Assembly (NCBI GenBank): GCA_963716395.1
Contig: OY970309.1
Location: 64,001 to 128,000 of the forward strand
Origin: an uncultured Fibrobacteria bacterium
GTDB lineage: Bacteria; Fibrobacterota; Fibrobacteria; UBA11236
Length of the DNA stretch: 64,000 nt
Direction: 5' to 3'
The notes under the pieces were generated by a model. It worked only from the letters and a program-made list of their open reading frames with translations. It was not told the origin of the DNA and ran no database searches. Positions 39,230 to 49,995 of this stretch are shown piece after piece (position 1 is the first letter of the stretch; each line of letters begins with the position of its first letter). The translations under genes and the position numbers were made by a program.

Positions 39230-39979
39230 ATGTCCATACCCGATCTCCAACAAATGCTCGATGCCGGGGTGCATTTCGGCCATCTCACCAAGCGGTGGAA
39301 TCCGAAAATGCGTCGCTACATCCTGGCCGAGCGCAACGGCATCTATGTGCTCGATTTGAACAAGACCCAGGCCTGCCTGCAGCGCGCCGTCGAGGCGGTG
39401 CGGCGTATTCGACAGCAAGGCCGTTCGGTGCTCTTCGTCGGCACCAAGAAAACCGTCAAAGACTGCATCAAAGAAGAAGCTCTGCGCTGCAACATGTACC
39501 ATGTCACCGAACGCTGGTTGGGCGGCATGCTCACCAATTTCACCACGGTGCGCCGCTCCATCAAACGCCTGGAAGAAATTGAAAAAATGGAAGCCGACGG
39601 CGTGTTCAAAGAGCTGAACAAGAAAGAAGTGCTCACCCTCAACAAAGAGCGCGGCAAACTCGAAGGCATTTTCAGCGGCATCCGCAATATGAAAACCCTG
39701 CCCAGCGCCTTGTTCATTTGCGACACCGAGCATGAGCATATCGCGGTGCATGAAGCCAACCGCCTGCGCATTCCCGTCATCGGCATCGTCGATACCAATT
39801 CCAATCCCGATCAGGCGGCTTTCCCCATTCCCGGCAACGACGACGCCTTGAAATCGGTGAGCCTCATCACGCGCACCATTTCCGACGCCATTCTGGGCGC
39901 GCCGTCGTCCCTCGAGGAACAGCAAAAAGCCGAATCCTCCGCGCCCGTCGCGGTGCCGGCGGTGGAAAGCGCGGACTGA
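39230..39979 (+). CDS. rpsB: 30S ribosomal protein S2
   Basis: AGVHFGH, WNPKM, RWLGGMLTN, PGNDD. Confidence 0.98.
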   Translation: MSIPDLQQMLDAGVHFGHLTKRWNPKMRRYILAERNGIYVLDLNKTQACLQRAVEAVRRIRQQGRSVLFVGTKKTVKDCIKEEALRCNMYHVTERWLGGMLTNFTTVRRSIKRLEEIEKMEADGVFKELNKKEVLTLNKERGKLEGIFSGIRNMKTLPSALFICDTEHEHIAVHEANRLRIPVIGIVDTNSNPDQAAFPIPGNDDALKSVSLITRTISDAILGAPSSLEEQQKAESSAPVAVPAVESAD

Positions 39980-40845
39980 TGGCCGAGGTCAGCGCGCAAG
40001 CGGTGCAGCAACTCCGCGAAAAAACCGGGCTTGGCCTGATGCAATGCAAAAAGGCCCTAGCCGAAACCGAGGGCGATTTTGACAAGGCCATCGAGTATCT
40101 GCGCAAACAGGGCGCGGCGGTGGCGGCCAAGCGGGTGGGACGCGAAACCAAAGAAGGCAAGGTTATCTTCGCCACGACCGGCTCGCAAACCGCGGTGCTG
40201 GAGCTCAATTGCGAAACCGATTTCGTCGCTTCTTCCGATGAGTTCGGCCACTTTGCCGAAAAAGCCGCCACGGCCATTGCGGCAGCGGCTCCGGCCGATG
40301 TTGCAGCGGCCCTGGCCCTGCCGGTGGACGGCACAACCTTGGGAGCGCTGCTCACCGCGGTGATCGCCAAGATCGGCGAGAACATCACCTTGCGCCGCTT
40401 CGCCCTCGAAAAGGTCGGGGCCGGCGAACACCTGGAAACCTATTCCCACATGGGCGGTAAAATCGGCGCCTTGGTCAAAGTCGGCTTCAAAGGCGAACCG
40501 CGCGATGCGGCCGGCCTGGCCACCTTGGTCAAAGACCTGGCGATGCAGGTCGCCGCTTCGGCGCCCCTCGCCATCACGTCGACCGACATCTCTTCAGCCC
40601 TGGTTGAGAAAGAACGCGAAATCGCCCGGGAATTGACCCTCAAAGAAGGCAAAACCGGTGAAATGCTCGAGCGCATCGTCGAGGGCAAGGTGAGCAAATT
40701 CTTCAAGGAGAATTGCCTGTTGCAGCAGGTGTTCATCAAGGACAACAAGACCACCATCGACAAGCTCGTGACCGGCGCCGCCAAAAGTCTGGGGCTGGAT
40801 AATCTCGTTATTCTCGCTTTTCACCGACTGCAATTGGGTCAATAG
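39979..40845 (+). CDS. tsf: Elongation factor Ts
   Basis: [24 protein letters not shown]. Confidence 0.98.
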   Translation: MAEVSAQAVQQLREKTGLGLMQCKKALAETEGDFDKAIEYLRKQGAAVAAKRVGRETKEGKVIFATTGSQTAVLELNCETDFVASSDEFGHFAEKAATAIAAAAPADVAAALALPVDGTTLGALLTAVIAKIGENITLRRFALEKVGAGEHLETYSHMGGKIGALVKVGFKGEPRDAAGLATLVKDLAMQVAASAPLAITSTDISSALVEKEREIARELTLKEGKTGEMLERIVEGKVSKFFKENCLLQQVFIKDNKTTIDKLVTGAAKSLGLDNLVILAFHRLQLGQ

Positions 40846-40850
40846 GGCCC

Positions 40851-41579
40851 ATGTCGGCGCGCTACCGGCGTATCCTCCTCAAACTCAGCGGCGAGGCATT
40901 CGCCGGCAACACCGAATTCGGGCTTGACCCCGCCACCTTTACCCGCCTGGCCGGGGAAATCCTGCAAGTGCATCAAACCGGCGTGCAGGTGGGCATGGTG
41001 ATCGGCGGCGGCAACATCATCCGCGGCGCAACGCTCAGCGAATGCGGCGTCGATCGGGTCACGGCCGATCAAATGGGTATGCTGGCCACGGTAATCAATT
41101 GCCTGTGCATGCAGGATGCCCTGGAAAAACTGGGCGCCTTCACCCGGGTCATGAGCGCCATCCGCATGAGCGCCGTGGCCGAACTGTTCATCCGCCGCCG
41201 GGCCATCCGCCATCTGGAAAAAGGCCGCATCGTACTCTTCGCCGCGGGCACGGGCAATCCTTATTTCACCACCGACAGCGCCGCCACCTTGCGCGCCATC
41301 GAAACCGACTGCGACATTCTCATGAAAGCCACCAATGTCGACGGCGTCTATGACAAAGATCCCAAACAGCATCGCGACGCCCAACGTTTCGATCAATTGA
41401 GCTACACCGAGGTGATCAACCGCCAACTCAAAGTGATGGACACCTCGGCCATCGCGTTGTGCCGGGAAAACAACATGCCCATCATGGTGTTCGACTTGAA
41501 CGTGTCCGGCAACCTGGTGCGCGCGGCCCAGGGCGAACGCATCGGCACCCTGGTCACCCGCGGAGACGCCCATGCTTGA
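40851..41579 (+). CDS. pyrH: UMP kinase
   Basis: [19 protein letters not shown]. Confidence 0.98.
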   Translation: MSARYRRILLKLSGEAFAGNTEFGLDPATFTRLAGEILQVHQTGVQVGMVIGGGNIIRGATLSECGVDRVTADQMGMLATVINCLCMQDALEKLGAFTRVMSAIRMSAVAELFIRRRAIRHLEKGRIVLFAAGTGNPYFTTDSAATLRAIETDCDILMKATNVDGVYDKDPKQHRDAQRFDQLSYTEVINRQLKVMDTSAIALCRENNMPIMVFDLNVSGNLVRAAQGERIGTLVTRGDAHA

Positions 41580-42123
41580 CGTCAAATCGCTCGAAGCCCG
41601 CATGCAGAAGTCGGTGGAGACGCTGCGCAAAGACTTGGCGCGCATCCGCACCGGCATCGCTACCCCGGCCATGCTCGACAACGTCTTCGTCGACTATTAC
41701 GGCACGCGTACCCCGTTGCCCCAGGTCGCCGCCATCACGGTTCCCGAACCGCGTTCTCTCGCGGTGAAACCCTGGGAAAAGGGCCTGCTCGCCGCCCTCG
41801 AGAAAGCCATTCTCGCCAGCGATCTCGGCATCACGCCGCTCAACGACGGCATCTATATCCGCCTGACGCTGCCCGTGCTCACCACCGATCGCCGCCAGGA
41901 ACTGGCCAAGCAGTCGCGCAAGATCGGCGAAGAGGCCAAGGTGGCCGTGCGCAACATCCGCCGCGATGAAAACGAACATTTGAAGAAGTCGGCCAAAGAT
42001 TCCCATCTATCCGAAGACGAATTGAAGCACGAACTCGATCTGGTACAGCACCTCACCGACAAGTACGCGGCCCTGGTCGATCAAATCGTGGCCGACAAGG
42101 AAAAAGACATTATGACGGTTTGA
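41572..42123 (+). CDS. frr: Ribosome recycling factor
   Basis: IRTG.A.P, VDYYG, VRNIRRD. Confidence 0.98.
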   Translation: MLDVKSLEARMQKSVETLRKDLARIRTGIATPAMLDNVFVDYYGTRTPLPQVAAITVPEPRSLAVKPWEKGLLAALEKAILASDLGITPLNDGIYIRLTLPVLTTDRRQELAKQSRKIGEEAKVAVRNIRRDENEHLKKSAKDSHLSEDELKHELDLVQHLTDKYAALVDQIVADKEKDIMTV

Positions 42124-42163
42124 GGCGCTTTCGGCGTCGCCGCCGGCGCCCCCTCTCGAAATT

Positions 42164-42874
42164 ATGCGCGCGCCCCCGCAACATATCGCCATCATCATGG
42201 ACGGCAACGGCCGCTGGGCGCGGCAGCGTCTACAGCCGCGCATTTTAGGACACAAAGCCGGCACGCGCGCCACCAAGCGCGTGGTCGAAGCCTGCGGTGA
42301 ACTGGGCGTCAAGTTCCTCACCATTTACGTGTTTTCTTCGGAGAACTGGGCACGGCCCATTCTCGAAGTCGATGCGTTGATGAACCTGCTGGTGGAAATG
42401 ATCCATCAGGAGATCGAGGATCTCCAGCGCAACAACGTGCGCCTGGTGGCCTTGGGCAACCGGGATCGCCTGCCGGATAAGACGCGGCGGGAATTGGAAT
42501 GGGGCATCGAACGAACCCGCGCCAACACCGGCTTGCAATTGAACCTCGCCGTTTCGTACGGCGGCCGCGAAGAGATCGTGTCGGCCTGCCGGCGCTTGGC
42601 GCAACAGGCCGTCGACGGAAGCTTGCAGCCGGCCCAAATCGACGAGGCGGCCTTCTCGCGTCAGCTCTATCTTCCCGACGTCCCCGATCCCGAATTGCTG
42701 ATCCGCACCGGCGGCGACCTGCGCATTTCGAATTTCCTGTTGTGGCAAGCGGCCTATACCGAGATTTACGTGACCCAAACCCTGTGGCCCGATTTCGGCA
42801 AGGCGGATCTGGTCCAGGCCATCGAAGACTACCAGCGGCGCCAGCGCCGCTTCGGCAAGGTACAGGAAACCTGA
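42164..42874 (+). CDS. uppS: Undecaprenyl diphosphate synthase
   Basis: IMDGNGRWA, FSSENW.R, RISNFLLWQ, RRFG. Confidence 0.97.
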   Translation: MRAPPQHIAIIMDGNGRWARQRLQPRILGHKAGTRATKRVVEACGELGVKFLTIYVFSSENWARPILEVDALMNLLVEMIHQEIEDLQRNNVRLVALGNRDRLPDKTRRELEWGIERTRANTGLQLNLAVSYGGREEIVSACRRLAQQAVDGSLQPAQIDEAAFSRQLYLPDVPDPELLIRTGGDLRISNFLLWQAAYTEIYVTQTLWPDFGKADLVQAIEDYQRRQRRFGKVQET

Positions 42875-42876
42875 TT

Positions 42877-43692
42877 GTGTTTTGGCTGCGCATGCTTTCG
42901 GCGGCGGTGTTGCTGGCCGTCGGCTTTTCGGCCTTGCTGTTCGATCTGCGCAGCCGTTGGGCCATCATCGCCTGTGTGCTCGTGCCCGGGGCCTGGGAAT
43001 TAGCGCGTTTGGTGGATCGCAAATTCGACGCGCCGCCCCTGGCCTGGGTGGCGGGGGTATGCGTGTTGGGATTCTGCCTTCCCTATTTTCCCGGCGTAAC
43101 GCTTTCCACGCCGTGGCTTTGGGCCATGGCCTTAAGCGCACTCACGCTCTACATTCTTCTCGGATTCCGCTATCTGCCCATCGCGGTCATGGCGCCGTGG
43201 ATTCTCATGAACGGTTTTGTGTGCGCCTATCTGGGACTGTGGTCCGCGCGGCTGTTCGAACTGACGCGGCCGCAGCTCGGCTGGAGCGGGATCGGACCGC
43301 TGGCGTTCACCATTCTGTGCATCGCCACGGCCGACACGGCCGCCTATGCCGCCGGACGGCTCTTGGGAAAACACAAGCTCTGCCCCACCATCAGCGGCAA
43401 AAAAACCGTGGAGGGTGCGGCCGGCGGCCTCTTGGCCACCGTGCTCGTGGCCTGGCTGCTCGCCCACCCCCTGATCGGCTTCGGCGGCGCCAAGGCCTGT
43501 TTGCTGGGCGGGGTGTTGGCCGCCGTCTCGGTGATCGGCGATCTCTTCATCTCCGGGATCAAACGCTATGCCGGCGCCAAGGACACCTCGCATCTCATTC
43601 CCGGGCATGGCGGCATCATGGATCGCTTCGACGCTTTGACCTTTGCCGCCCCCATCGCCTGGTTTTTAATCCGCTGGCTGGCCGCGGCGTGA
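42877..43692 (+). CDS. cdsA: Phosphatidate cytidylyltransferase
   Basis: DTAAY..G, KTVEG, KR....KD....PGHGG..DRFD. GTG start just after uppS. Confidence 0.93.
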   Translation: MFWLRMLSAAVLLAVGFSALLFDLRSRWAIIACVLVPGAWELARLVDRKFDAPPLAWVAGVCVLGFCLPYFPGVTLSTPWLWAMALSALTLYILLGFRYLPIAVMAPWILMNGFVCAYLGLWSARLFELTRPQLGWSGIGPLAFTILCIATADTAAYAAGRLLGKHKLCPTISGKKTVEGAAGGLLATVLVAWLLAHPLIGFGGAKACLLGGVLAAVSVIGDLFISGIKRYAGAKDTSHLIPGHGGIMDRFDALTFAAPIAWFLIRWLAAA

Positions 43693-43727
43693 GCCGGTCG
43701 CGAACCCACCCAAGCTATATTCCCAGC

Positions 43728-44891
43728 ATGCCGCCCCAAAAAATCGCCCTGCTCGGCGCCACCGGATCGGTGGGAACTTCGGCCTTGAAAGTCGTGCGGC
43801 GGTATCCCGATCGTTTTCAAATCGTGGGCATGGCCGCGGGCCGGCAATGGCAGAAGCTGCTGCCGCTGCTGGAAGAATTCCAAACCGCCGACGCTGTGCT
43901 CTATGACCCCGACGCCGCCGAAGCCTTGTCCCGCCGCTTTCACGGCCGGGTGCGCAGCGGCATGGAAGGCCTATTGGATTTGGTATCCCGACCGGGCGTG
44001 GATTACGTGCTCAACGGCCTGGTGGGCGCCATCGGCTGCCGCCCCACTCTGGAAGCCATTCAACACGACAAGCAGGTGGGATTGGCCAACAAAGAAACCA
44101 TGGTCATGGCCGGGCCCGTGATCAACGCCGCGCTGCGCGCGCACCCGCGCAGCCGCATCCTGCCCATCGATTCGGAGCATTCGGCCATCTTCCAATGCCT
44201 GTCTTCGCGCCCCGTGGCCGAAGTGGAGCGCATTGAGCTCACGGCTTCGGGCGGGCCCTTTCGCGATTGGCCGCGCGAGCGCTTCGACGACATCACCAAG
44301 GCCGAGGCTTTAAAACATCCGACCTGGGTGATGGGCGAAAAAATCACCATCGATTCCGCGACCTTGATGAACAAGGGGCTCGAAGTCATCGAGGCGCATT
44401 TTCTCTTCGGCGTCGACTTCGACCGCATCCGCGTGGTAGTGCACCCGCGTTCCCTGGTGCATTCCTTGGTGCAATTCCGCGACGGATCGCTGATGGCGCA
44501 ATTGGGATGCGCCGACATGCAGGTGCCGATTCAATACGCCCTCAGCTATCCCGAACGTTTGCCCCTCGACGTGCCGCGTCTCAACCTGGCCGAAATCGGC
44601 CGGCTCGAATTCTTCACCCCTGACACCGCCAAGTTTCCCTGCCTGCGGCTGGCCTACGAAGCCGGCAAGCAAGGCGGGGCGGCCAGCGCGGTGCTCAACG
44701 CGGCCAACGAAGTCGCGGTGGCGCTGTTTCTGGAAGACCAAATTCCGTTTACCACCATTCCCAAAATCCTGGAAGCCGTCTTGGAAGATTCCACCCACGG
44801 ACCGTTGGAATCGCTCGATCAGGCCCTGGCGGCCGATGCCTGGGCGCGCCAACAGGCCCGAGATGTTGCCGATCAGTTGGTCGGAACTTGA
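43728..44891 (+). CDS. dxr: 1-deoxy-D-xylulose 5-phosphate reductoisomerase
   Basis: GATGSVG, LANKE, DSEH, TASGGPF, NKGLE, NAANE. Confidence 0.97.
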   Translation: MPPQKIALLGATGSVGTSALKVVRRYPDRFQIVGMAAGRQWQKLLPLLEEFQTADAVLYDPDAAEALSRRFHGRVRSGMEGLLDLVSRPGVDYVLNGLVGAIGCRPTLEAIQHDKQVGLANKETMVMAGPVINAALRAHPRSRILPIDSEHSAIFQCLSSRPVAEVERIELTASGGPFRDWPRERFDDITKAEALKHPTWVMGEKITIDSATLMNKGLEVIEAHFLFGVDFDRIRVVVHPRSLVHSLVQFRDGSLMAQLGCADMQVPIQYALSYPERLPLDVPRLNLAEIGRLEFFTPDTAKFPCLRLAYEAGKQGGAASAVLNAANEVAVALFLEDQIPFTTIPKILEAVLEDSTHGPLESLDQALAADAWARQQARDVADQLVGT

Positions 44892-44908
44892 TATACTAGG
44901 TCCTGCGC

Positions 44909-46243
44909 ATGAACCACCTCACCGGTTATTGGTCTTTGCTGTACCAGCTTCCCGTGGGCCTGCTGGGCCTGAGCCTCATGGTATTCGTCCACGAGTTCGG
45001 CCATTTCAGCGCGGCCAAATGGTGCGGCGTGCGCGTGCACACCTTCTCCATCGGCTTCGGCAAGAAGCTTGTGCGCCTGAAACGCGGCGACACGGAATAT
45101 TGCCTTTCCGCCATTCCTTTCGGCGGCTATGTGGCCATGGCCGGCGAAAGTCCCGACGAAGGCGGCTACGGCAACACCGACGAGTTCCGCATGCAACCCG
45201 TTCCCCTGCGCCTGCTCATCGCGGTGGCCGGGCCCGCGGCCAATCTCCTCTTCGCGGTGCTGATTCTCTTCGTGCTGTATCTGTCGGGCGTGCAAGAGCC
45301 CAAGTACGCCATGATCGTGGGCGAAGTCGTCAAGGGATCGGCCGCGGAACAGGCCGGTGTGCGGCCGGGCGACGAAATTCTCGCCTTTGACGGCAAAGCC
45401 GTGCATGACTGGGAGACGTTCGTGCAGGATGCGGCCATGCAGGGCGGCCGCTCCGAACCCCTGCTGCTGCGCCGCGGCGGACAAGACACCACGTTGAGCC
45501 TGACCCCGAAAATGGATCCGCGCTTCGGCGTCGCCCTCACCGGGATTCTGGGCGAGTGGGAAGTGCAAGTGCATAAGGTCATGCCGAATATGCCCGCCGG
45601 CGCCAACGGCATGCGGGAGGGCGACATCATCGAAAGCGTCGACGGCGAGAAAGTTCCCTCTTCCTCGGCCCTAGTCGACATGGTCAACGGATCGAAGGGG
45701 CGCCCGTTGCATTTCGAATTGCGCCGCGGCGCGAAGGAATTGGCCCTGGTGTTCGCCCCGGCTCTCAACGCCGACTCGCACCGGTATTTGATCGGCATTT
45801 ATCCGGCCAACATCATTCCCACCCATCTCGTCAAACGCGGCGTGATCGCCAGCGCCCGCGCCAGCTTCGTCAAAACCTGGGAGAATGCGACCTTGGTGTT
45901 TCGCACCTTCGCGGGCCTGCTCACGGGCCAGGTCAAGCTCAAGGCTTTGTCGGGCCCCATCGGCATCGTGCAGATGATTGCCGGCAGCCTGCGCCAAAGC
46001 CTGCAAACCTTTTTCGAATTCATGTCTCTGCTCAACACCAATTTGGGCGTGCTCAACCTGCTGCCGCTGGCCATCACCGACGGCGGCCTGATTTTGCTGT
46101 TGCTCATCGAGGCTGTGCGCCGCAAACCCCTGAGCCTGCGCACGCAGGGGCTGATCAACCGCCTGGGACTCAGCTTCTTCGTGGCCTTGTTTCTATTCGT
46201 CACCTTCCACGACATTCTGCGCATTCCCTGGCTGTTGGATTGA
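44909..46243 (+). CDS. rseP: RIP metalloprotease RseP
   Basis: HEFGH, two PDZ domains, NLLP...DGG. Confidence 0.95.
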   Translation: MNHLTGYWSLLYQLPVGLLGLSLMVFVHEFGHFSAAKWCGVRVHTFSIGFGKKLVRLKRGDTEYCLSAIPFGGYVAMAGESPDEGGYGNTDEFRMQPVPLRLLIAVAGPAANLLFAVLILFVLYLSGVQEPKYAMIVGEVVKGSAAEQAGVRPGDEILAFDGKAVHDWETFVQDAAMQGGRSEPLLLRRGGQDTTLSLTPKMDPRFGVALTGILGEWEVQVHKVMPNMPAGANGMREGDIIESVDGEKVPSSSALVDMVNGSKGRPLHFELRRGAKELALVFAPALNADSHRYLIGIYPANIIPTHLVKRGVIASARASFVKTWENATLVFRTFAGLLTGQVKLKALSGPIGIVQMIAGSLRQSLQTFFEFMSLLNTNLGVLNLLPLAITDGGLILLLLIEAVRRKPLSLRTQGLINRLGLSFFVALFLFVTFHDILRIPWLLD

Positions 46244-46300
46244 GGCGAAGTTTTGTCGACCCCGGCCGGGGCCGACACATTTGCGTTTAAGTTTTTCGGC

Positions 46301-47575
46301 ATGAAAGTTCTGATCATCGGCAGCGGAGGCCGCGAACACGCACTCGGCCTCAAGTTCGCCCAATCCCGACTGCATCCCATCTTGGTATTCGCGCCCGGCA
46401 ATCCCGGCATGGCCGAGCTGGGCGCGTGCCATACGGTGGCGGCCGACGACATTTCCGGACTGCTGGCCCTGGCCAAGGCCGAAAGCGTCGATCTCACTGT
46501 GGTGGGTCCCGAAACGCCCCTGGTGCTCGGATTGGCCGACGCCTTCCGGACGCAAGGGTTGGCGGTATTCGGTCCCACGGCCGCAGCCGCCCGCCTCGAA
46601 GGCTCCAAGGCTTTCGCCAAGGATTTCATGGCGCGCCACGGCATTCCCACCGCGGCCTTTCGCACCTTTCACGTCTTGCCGCCGGCCCTCGCCTATTTGG
46701 AGCAAACCGGAGCGCCCGTGGTGGTCAAAGCCAGCGGCCTATGCGCCGGCAAAGGCGCCGTGGTCTGTCCGACGCGGGAGGAAGCGCAGCGGACCGTGAT
46801 GGCCATGCTGGGTCCCGAAGCCGAATTCGGCGAGGCCGGCCGCGAAATCGTGATCGAGGAATTTATGCAGGGTGAAGAGGCGTCGGTGTTCGCGGTCTGC
46901 GACGGAAAGAACTACGCCCTCCTGCCTACGGCGCAAGATCATAAACGCGCTTTTGATCACGACCAAGGCCCGAATACCGGCGGCATGGGTGCGTATTCCC
47001 CGGCGCGCGTTTTGACGCCGGAGCTGTTGCAGCGCGTGGGACGCGAAATCATCACGCCAACGCTCGACGCCATGCGAGCCGCGGGCCACCCCTATCAAGG
47101 CGTTTTGTACATAGGCCTGATGTTGACTCCCGGCGGACCCAAGGTGGTGGAGTTCAATTGCCGCCTCGGCGATCCTGAAACGCAATGCGTGCTGCCGATT
47201 TATCCCGGCGATCTTCTGGAGCTTTTCCGCTCGGCCGCGCTGGGTGAACTCGACCGTCGGGAACCGCCGCCGACCAGGCGTTCCGCCGCGGTGGTGGTCC
47301 TGGCCTCGGGCGGATATCCCGGATCGTTTCGTACCGGCCTTCCCATCGCCGGATTGGAGCAAGCACAAGCCCAAGGTGCCCGGGTGCTGCACGCCGGGAC
47401 GCGCCGGCAAGACGGCGCGCTGGTAACGTCCGGCGGACGGGTCTTGGGCGTGGTGGGCGAATCCGATTCCCTGGCCGGAGCTTTGCAGACCGCTTATGTC
47501 GGCGCGGCGCAAATCCATTTCGACGGAATGCATTATCGTCGCGATATCGGACAGCGCGGCTTGAAGGCCGCCTAA
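46301..47575 (+). CDS. purD: Phosphoribosylamine--glycine ligase
   Basis: GSGGREHA, GPNTGGMGAY, EFNCRLGDPE. Confidence 0.97.
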   Translation: MKVLIIGSGGREHALGLKFAQSRLHPILVFAPGNPGMAELGACHTVAADDISGLLALAKAESVDLTVVGPETPLVLGLADAFRTQGLAVFGPTAAAARLEGSKAFAKDFMARHGIPTAAFRTFHVLPPALAYLEQTGAPVVVKASGLCAGKGAVVCPTREEAQRTVMAMLGPEAEFGEAGREIVIEEFMQGEEASVFAVCDGKNYALLPTAQDHKRAFDHDQGPNTGGMGAYSPARVLTPELLQRVGREIITPTLDAMRAAGHPYQGVLYIGLMLTPGGPKVVEFNCRLGDPETQCVLPIYPGDLLELFRSAALGELDRREPPPTRRSAAVVVLASGGYPGSFRTGLPIAGLEQAQAQGARVLHAGTRRQDGALVTSGGRVLGVVGESDSLAGALQTAYVGAAQIHFDGMHYRRDIGQRGLKAA

Positions 47576-47580
47576 TCCAC

Positions 47581-48348
47581 ATGGCCTGGTTGCTGGGCTT
47601 GCTTTTCGCCTGGGCACAGGGTGCAAATCCGGTCGGCCTTCCCGCCGATACCGCCAGTCTGCGCAATTTGCACCAGAAGGTCCTGCAAGCGCCCGAACGG
47701 CTGACGTTCGACATCATCTGGGGCGGGTGGAGTTACAGTTGGGTGCATGCCGGCCAGGCGACGTTGGAATTGTTACCCACCCCCGATGACAAGGTTTGGG
47801 AAATCCGCAGTCGCGCTTGGTGTAACGGTCTTTTTCAATCCCTGTATCCGGTACAGGACACCGTCGTTTCATTTGTGGATGCCGCCGGAATTTATCCGCT
47901 TCGATTCGAAAAAAATTTGCATGAAGGCTCTTACCACAAGCATATCCTCACAGTTTTTGATCAAAAGCAACACTTTCTGGCCACGGAGGATACCACCTTC
48001 TCCATCGCCCCCTTCACCCAAGACGTCCTTTCTGCGTTTTATTTCATCCGCACACAAACCTTGGAGGTCGGCAAGAGCTTCGAGTTATCCGCGGTATCCG
48101 GCAAAAAGAACTACAAATTGCGGGTTTTATGCCATGACAGCGAAACCGTGACCGTGCCCGCCGGTACCTTCGCTTGTTTTCAGGTCGAACCCCTGCTGCA
48201 AGAAGACGGGTTGTTCAAGGCCAAAGGCAAGCTTTGGATTTGGATCACCCAGGATGCACGCCATCTGCCGGTGAAAATGCAAAGCCATATTCCCGTGGGA
48301 TCGATCAAAGCGGAATTGACGCGGATTCAGGATACTGTAACTAATTGA
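47581..48348 (+). CDS. DUF3108-like exported protein
   Basis: E.L.F.I.W, D.LSAFY..R, TVPAGTF, W...D.R.LPV motifs. Confidence 0.75.
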   Translation: MAWLLGLLFAWAQGANPVGLPADTASLRNLHQKVLQAPERLTFDIIWGGWSYSWVHAGQATLELLPTPDDKVWEIRSRAWCNGLFQSLYPVQDTVVSFVDAAGIYPLRFEKNLHEGSYHKHILTVFDQKQHFLATEDTTFSIAPFTQDVLSAFYFIRTQTLEVGKSFELSAVSGKKNYKLRVLCHDSETVTVPAGTFACFQVEPLLQEDGLFKAKGKLWIWITQDARHLPVKMQSHIPVGSIKAELTRIQDTVTN

Positions 48349-48645
48349 AATTCAACGTGTTATTGAAATAGCAGGCCTCCCGATCGACCGAGGTTGGCGA
48401 AGCAGCTTCCCCGGTTGACCCCAACCGCCGGCATTCGCCTGTAACGGAAACAGGGTTGAAAAGCATACACCGTCAACCAAGGTTGATACTCCGAATTGCT
48501 GCCTTGCAAGTCGATAAAATCTCGTGGTCAAAACCCCGCCAAGCCCATATCTTGATCACAAAAGGTTTCGGTACAGTTGGGGAACGGATCTATATTCTTA
48601 TAAAGTTTTATTCGTCTTCTTTAATCTTCAACCAAGGAGATCCTG

Positions 48646-49035
48646 GTGATGAATGCGCAAATGGATGATACGATGGATGATGACCTGAGCCAAACCCTCG
48701 CCAATGACAACGGCGATATGGCCCCCGCCGAAGAAGAAAAAGAGCCGGAAGCGCCTTGGGCCGACGAGCCGATGGTGACCGCGGCCATGCCCGTTCAGAA
48801 CCCGAAGAAAAAGCAAGCGGCGAAGAAAAAGGCCGCCCCAAGAACTCCCAAGAAAGCGGCTAAAAAAGTTGTGAAGAAAAATACGAAGCCGGCCGCGAAG
48901 AAAAGCATAAAGAAAAGCGCAAAGAAGAGCGCAAAGAAGAGCGCAAAAAAAAGCGCAAAGAAGGCCACGAAAAAATCCGCCAAGAAGGCTGCAAAACAGA
49001 GCAAGAAAAAAGCCGCGAAGAAAAAGAAGCGGTAA
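48646..49035 (+). CDS. Histone H1-like Lys/Ala-rich protein
   Basis: Acidic N-terminus followed by KKSA/KKAA repeats. AAGGAG SD. Confidence 0.75.
   Translation: MMNAQMDDTMDDDLSQTLANDNGDMAPAEEEKEPEAPWADEPMVTAAMPVQNPKKKQAAKKKAAPRTPKKAAKKVVKKNTKPAAKKSIKKSAKKSAKKSAKKSAKKATKKSAKKAAKQSKKKAAKKKKR
48898..48969 (+). repeat. 12-nt coding tandem repeat (KKSA)
   Basis: About six AAGAARAGCGCA-like units. Confidence 0.8.
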
Positions 49036-49038
49036 GTT

Positions 49039-49061
49039 CCCCTTGCTTGTTGCAAGGGGTT
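49039..49061 (+). terminator. Hairpin directly after the histone-like gene
   Basis: CCCCTTGC-TTGTT-GCAAGGGG with only a short U tail. Confidence 0.4.
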
Positions 49062-49274
49062 GAAGAAGCCGGGGGTAAAGCGCAGAAGCGTTCTCCTTCG
49101 CTTCGCGAAGGTGGATTTTGCGCAGCGTTATTTCACCCCCGCTTCCGTCCCGCAAATTCAGGCGCGGGACTACTATTCTTTTCGGATGTGCCGACCCTGC
49201 GTGCCAAAGGCGTACGGCGGATCAATCCAAGGTTGCGCCAACCTACTGCGAAATGTGAAGATGGGAGAGATTCC

Positions 49275-49754
49275 ATGATTCTGGAAAAAATCAACGCCGA
49301 TCTCATCGCGACCATGAAAGATCGCGAGCCCGCCCGCAAAGAGGCGAATCAGATCAAGATTTTGACCTTGCGCACCCTGCTGTCCGAAGTCAAAACCTTT
49401 CAAGTCAACCACCGCCGCGATCCTCTGGACGAGGAAGTGGCGGCCATCTTGCACAAGGGAATCAAGCAAATCAAAGAGACCCTGGAAAAGGCCCAAGGAC
49501 AAAACCAGGCCGGTGTAGTACGCGCGGACATCGTGGCCCAAGAATCCGCCAAATTGAATCTTTATCAAGGATATTTGCCGGCGCAAATGGAGCGAATGGA
49601 AATCGAAGCGCTGGTGCGTGCGGCCATCACCGAGGTGAAGGCCCAATCGATCAAAGATATGGGGGCGGTCATGGCCGTAGTACGCCCCAAAACCCAGGGG
49701 CGCGCCGACGGAAAATTGGTCAGCGATATCGTGCGCGCTTCGCTGGCGGTTTAA
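49275..49754 (+). CDS. GatB/YqeY domain protein
   Basis: YLPAQM, KDMGAVM, GRADGK.VS..V. Confidence 0.9.
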   Translation: MILEKINADLIATMKDREPARKEANQIKILTLRTLLSEVKTFQVNHRRDPLDEEVAAILHKGIKQIKETLEKAQGQNQAGVVRADIVAQESAKLNLYQGYLPAQMERMEIEALVRAAITEVKAQSIKDMGAVMAVVRPKTQGRADGKLVSDIVRASLAV

Positions 49755-49785
49755 TTCTCGGCATTTTCTTCGGCCGGGAAATAAA

Positions 49786-49995
49786 ATGGAGCGCATGCCC
49801 GAACTCACTTGTTTTTGTTTTCGCGTCGAAAAGCAACGCATCGTCCAGGCCATCGAAGCAGGTTGCCGCAGCCTGGATGAAATCCGGGAGCGCCTTGGCG
49901 CCACCGGCGGATGCGGCGGATGCATTCCCGACGTCGAAGCCTTGCTCGAATTCTACGCCCGCCTGCCGGCGCAATCCGTCGCGTCACAAGCCTGA
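49786..49995 (+). CDS. BFD-like [2Fe-2S] protein
   Basis: CxC...GA...CGGC pattern, 69 aa. Confidence 0.85.
   Translation: MERMPELTCFCFRVEKQRIVQAIEAGCRSLDEIRERLGATGGCGGCIPDVEALLEFYARLPAQSVASQA

Noticed and set aside
42499-44891. Apparent long N-terminal extensions or fusions of cdsA, dxr, dppC (to 56188), rplM and xylA in the ORF track
   Set aside because: The extensions overlap neighbouring genes in another frame. Conserved domains start at internal start codons.
48388-48415. SRP RNA-like GAAGCAGC motif
   Set aside because: Lacks the CAGG-stem-GNRA-stem helix-8 geometry.
48898-48969. Short tandem repeats as a possible CRISPR or other array (also 61700-61840)
   Set aside because: In-frame coding repeats with no spacers and no cas genes.
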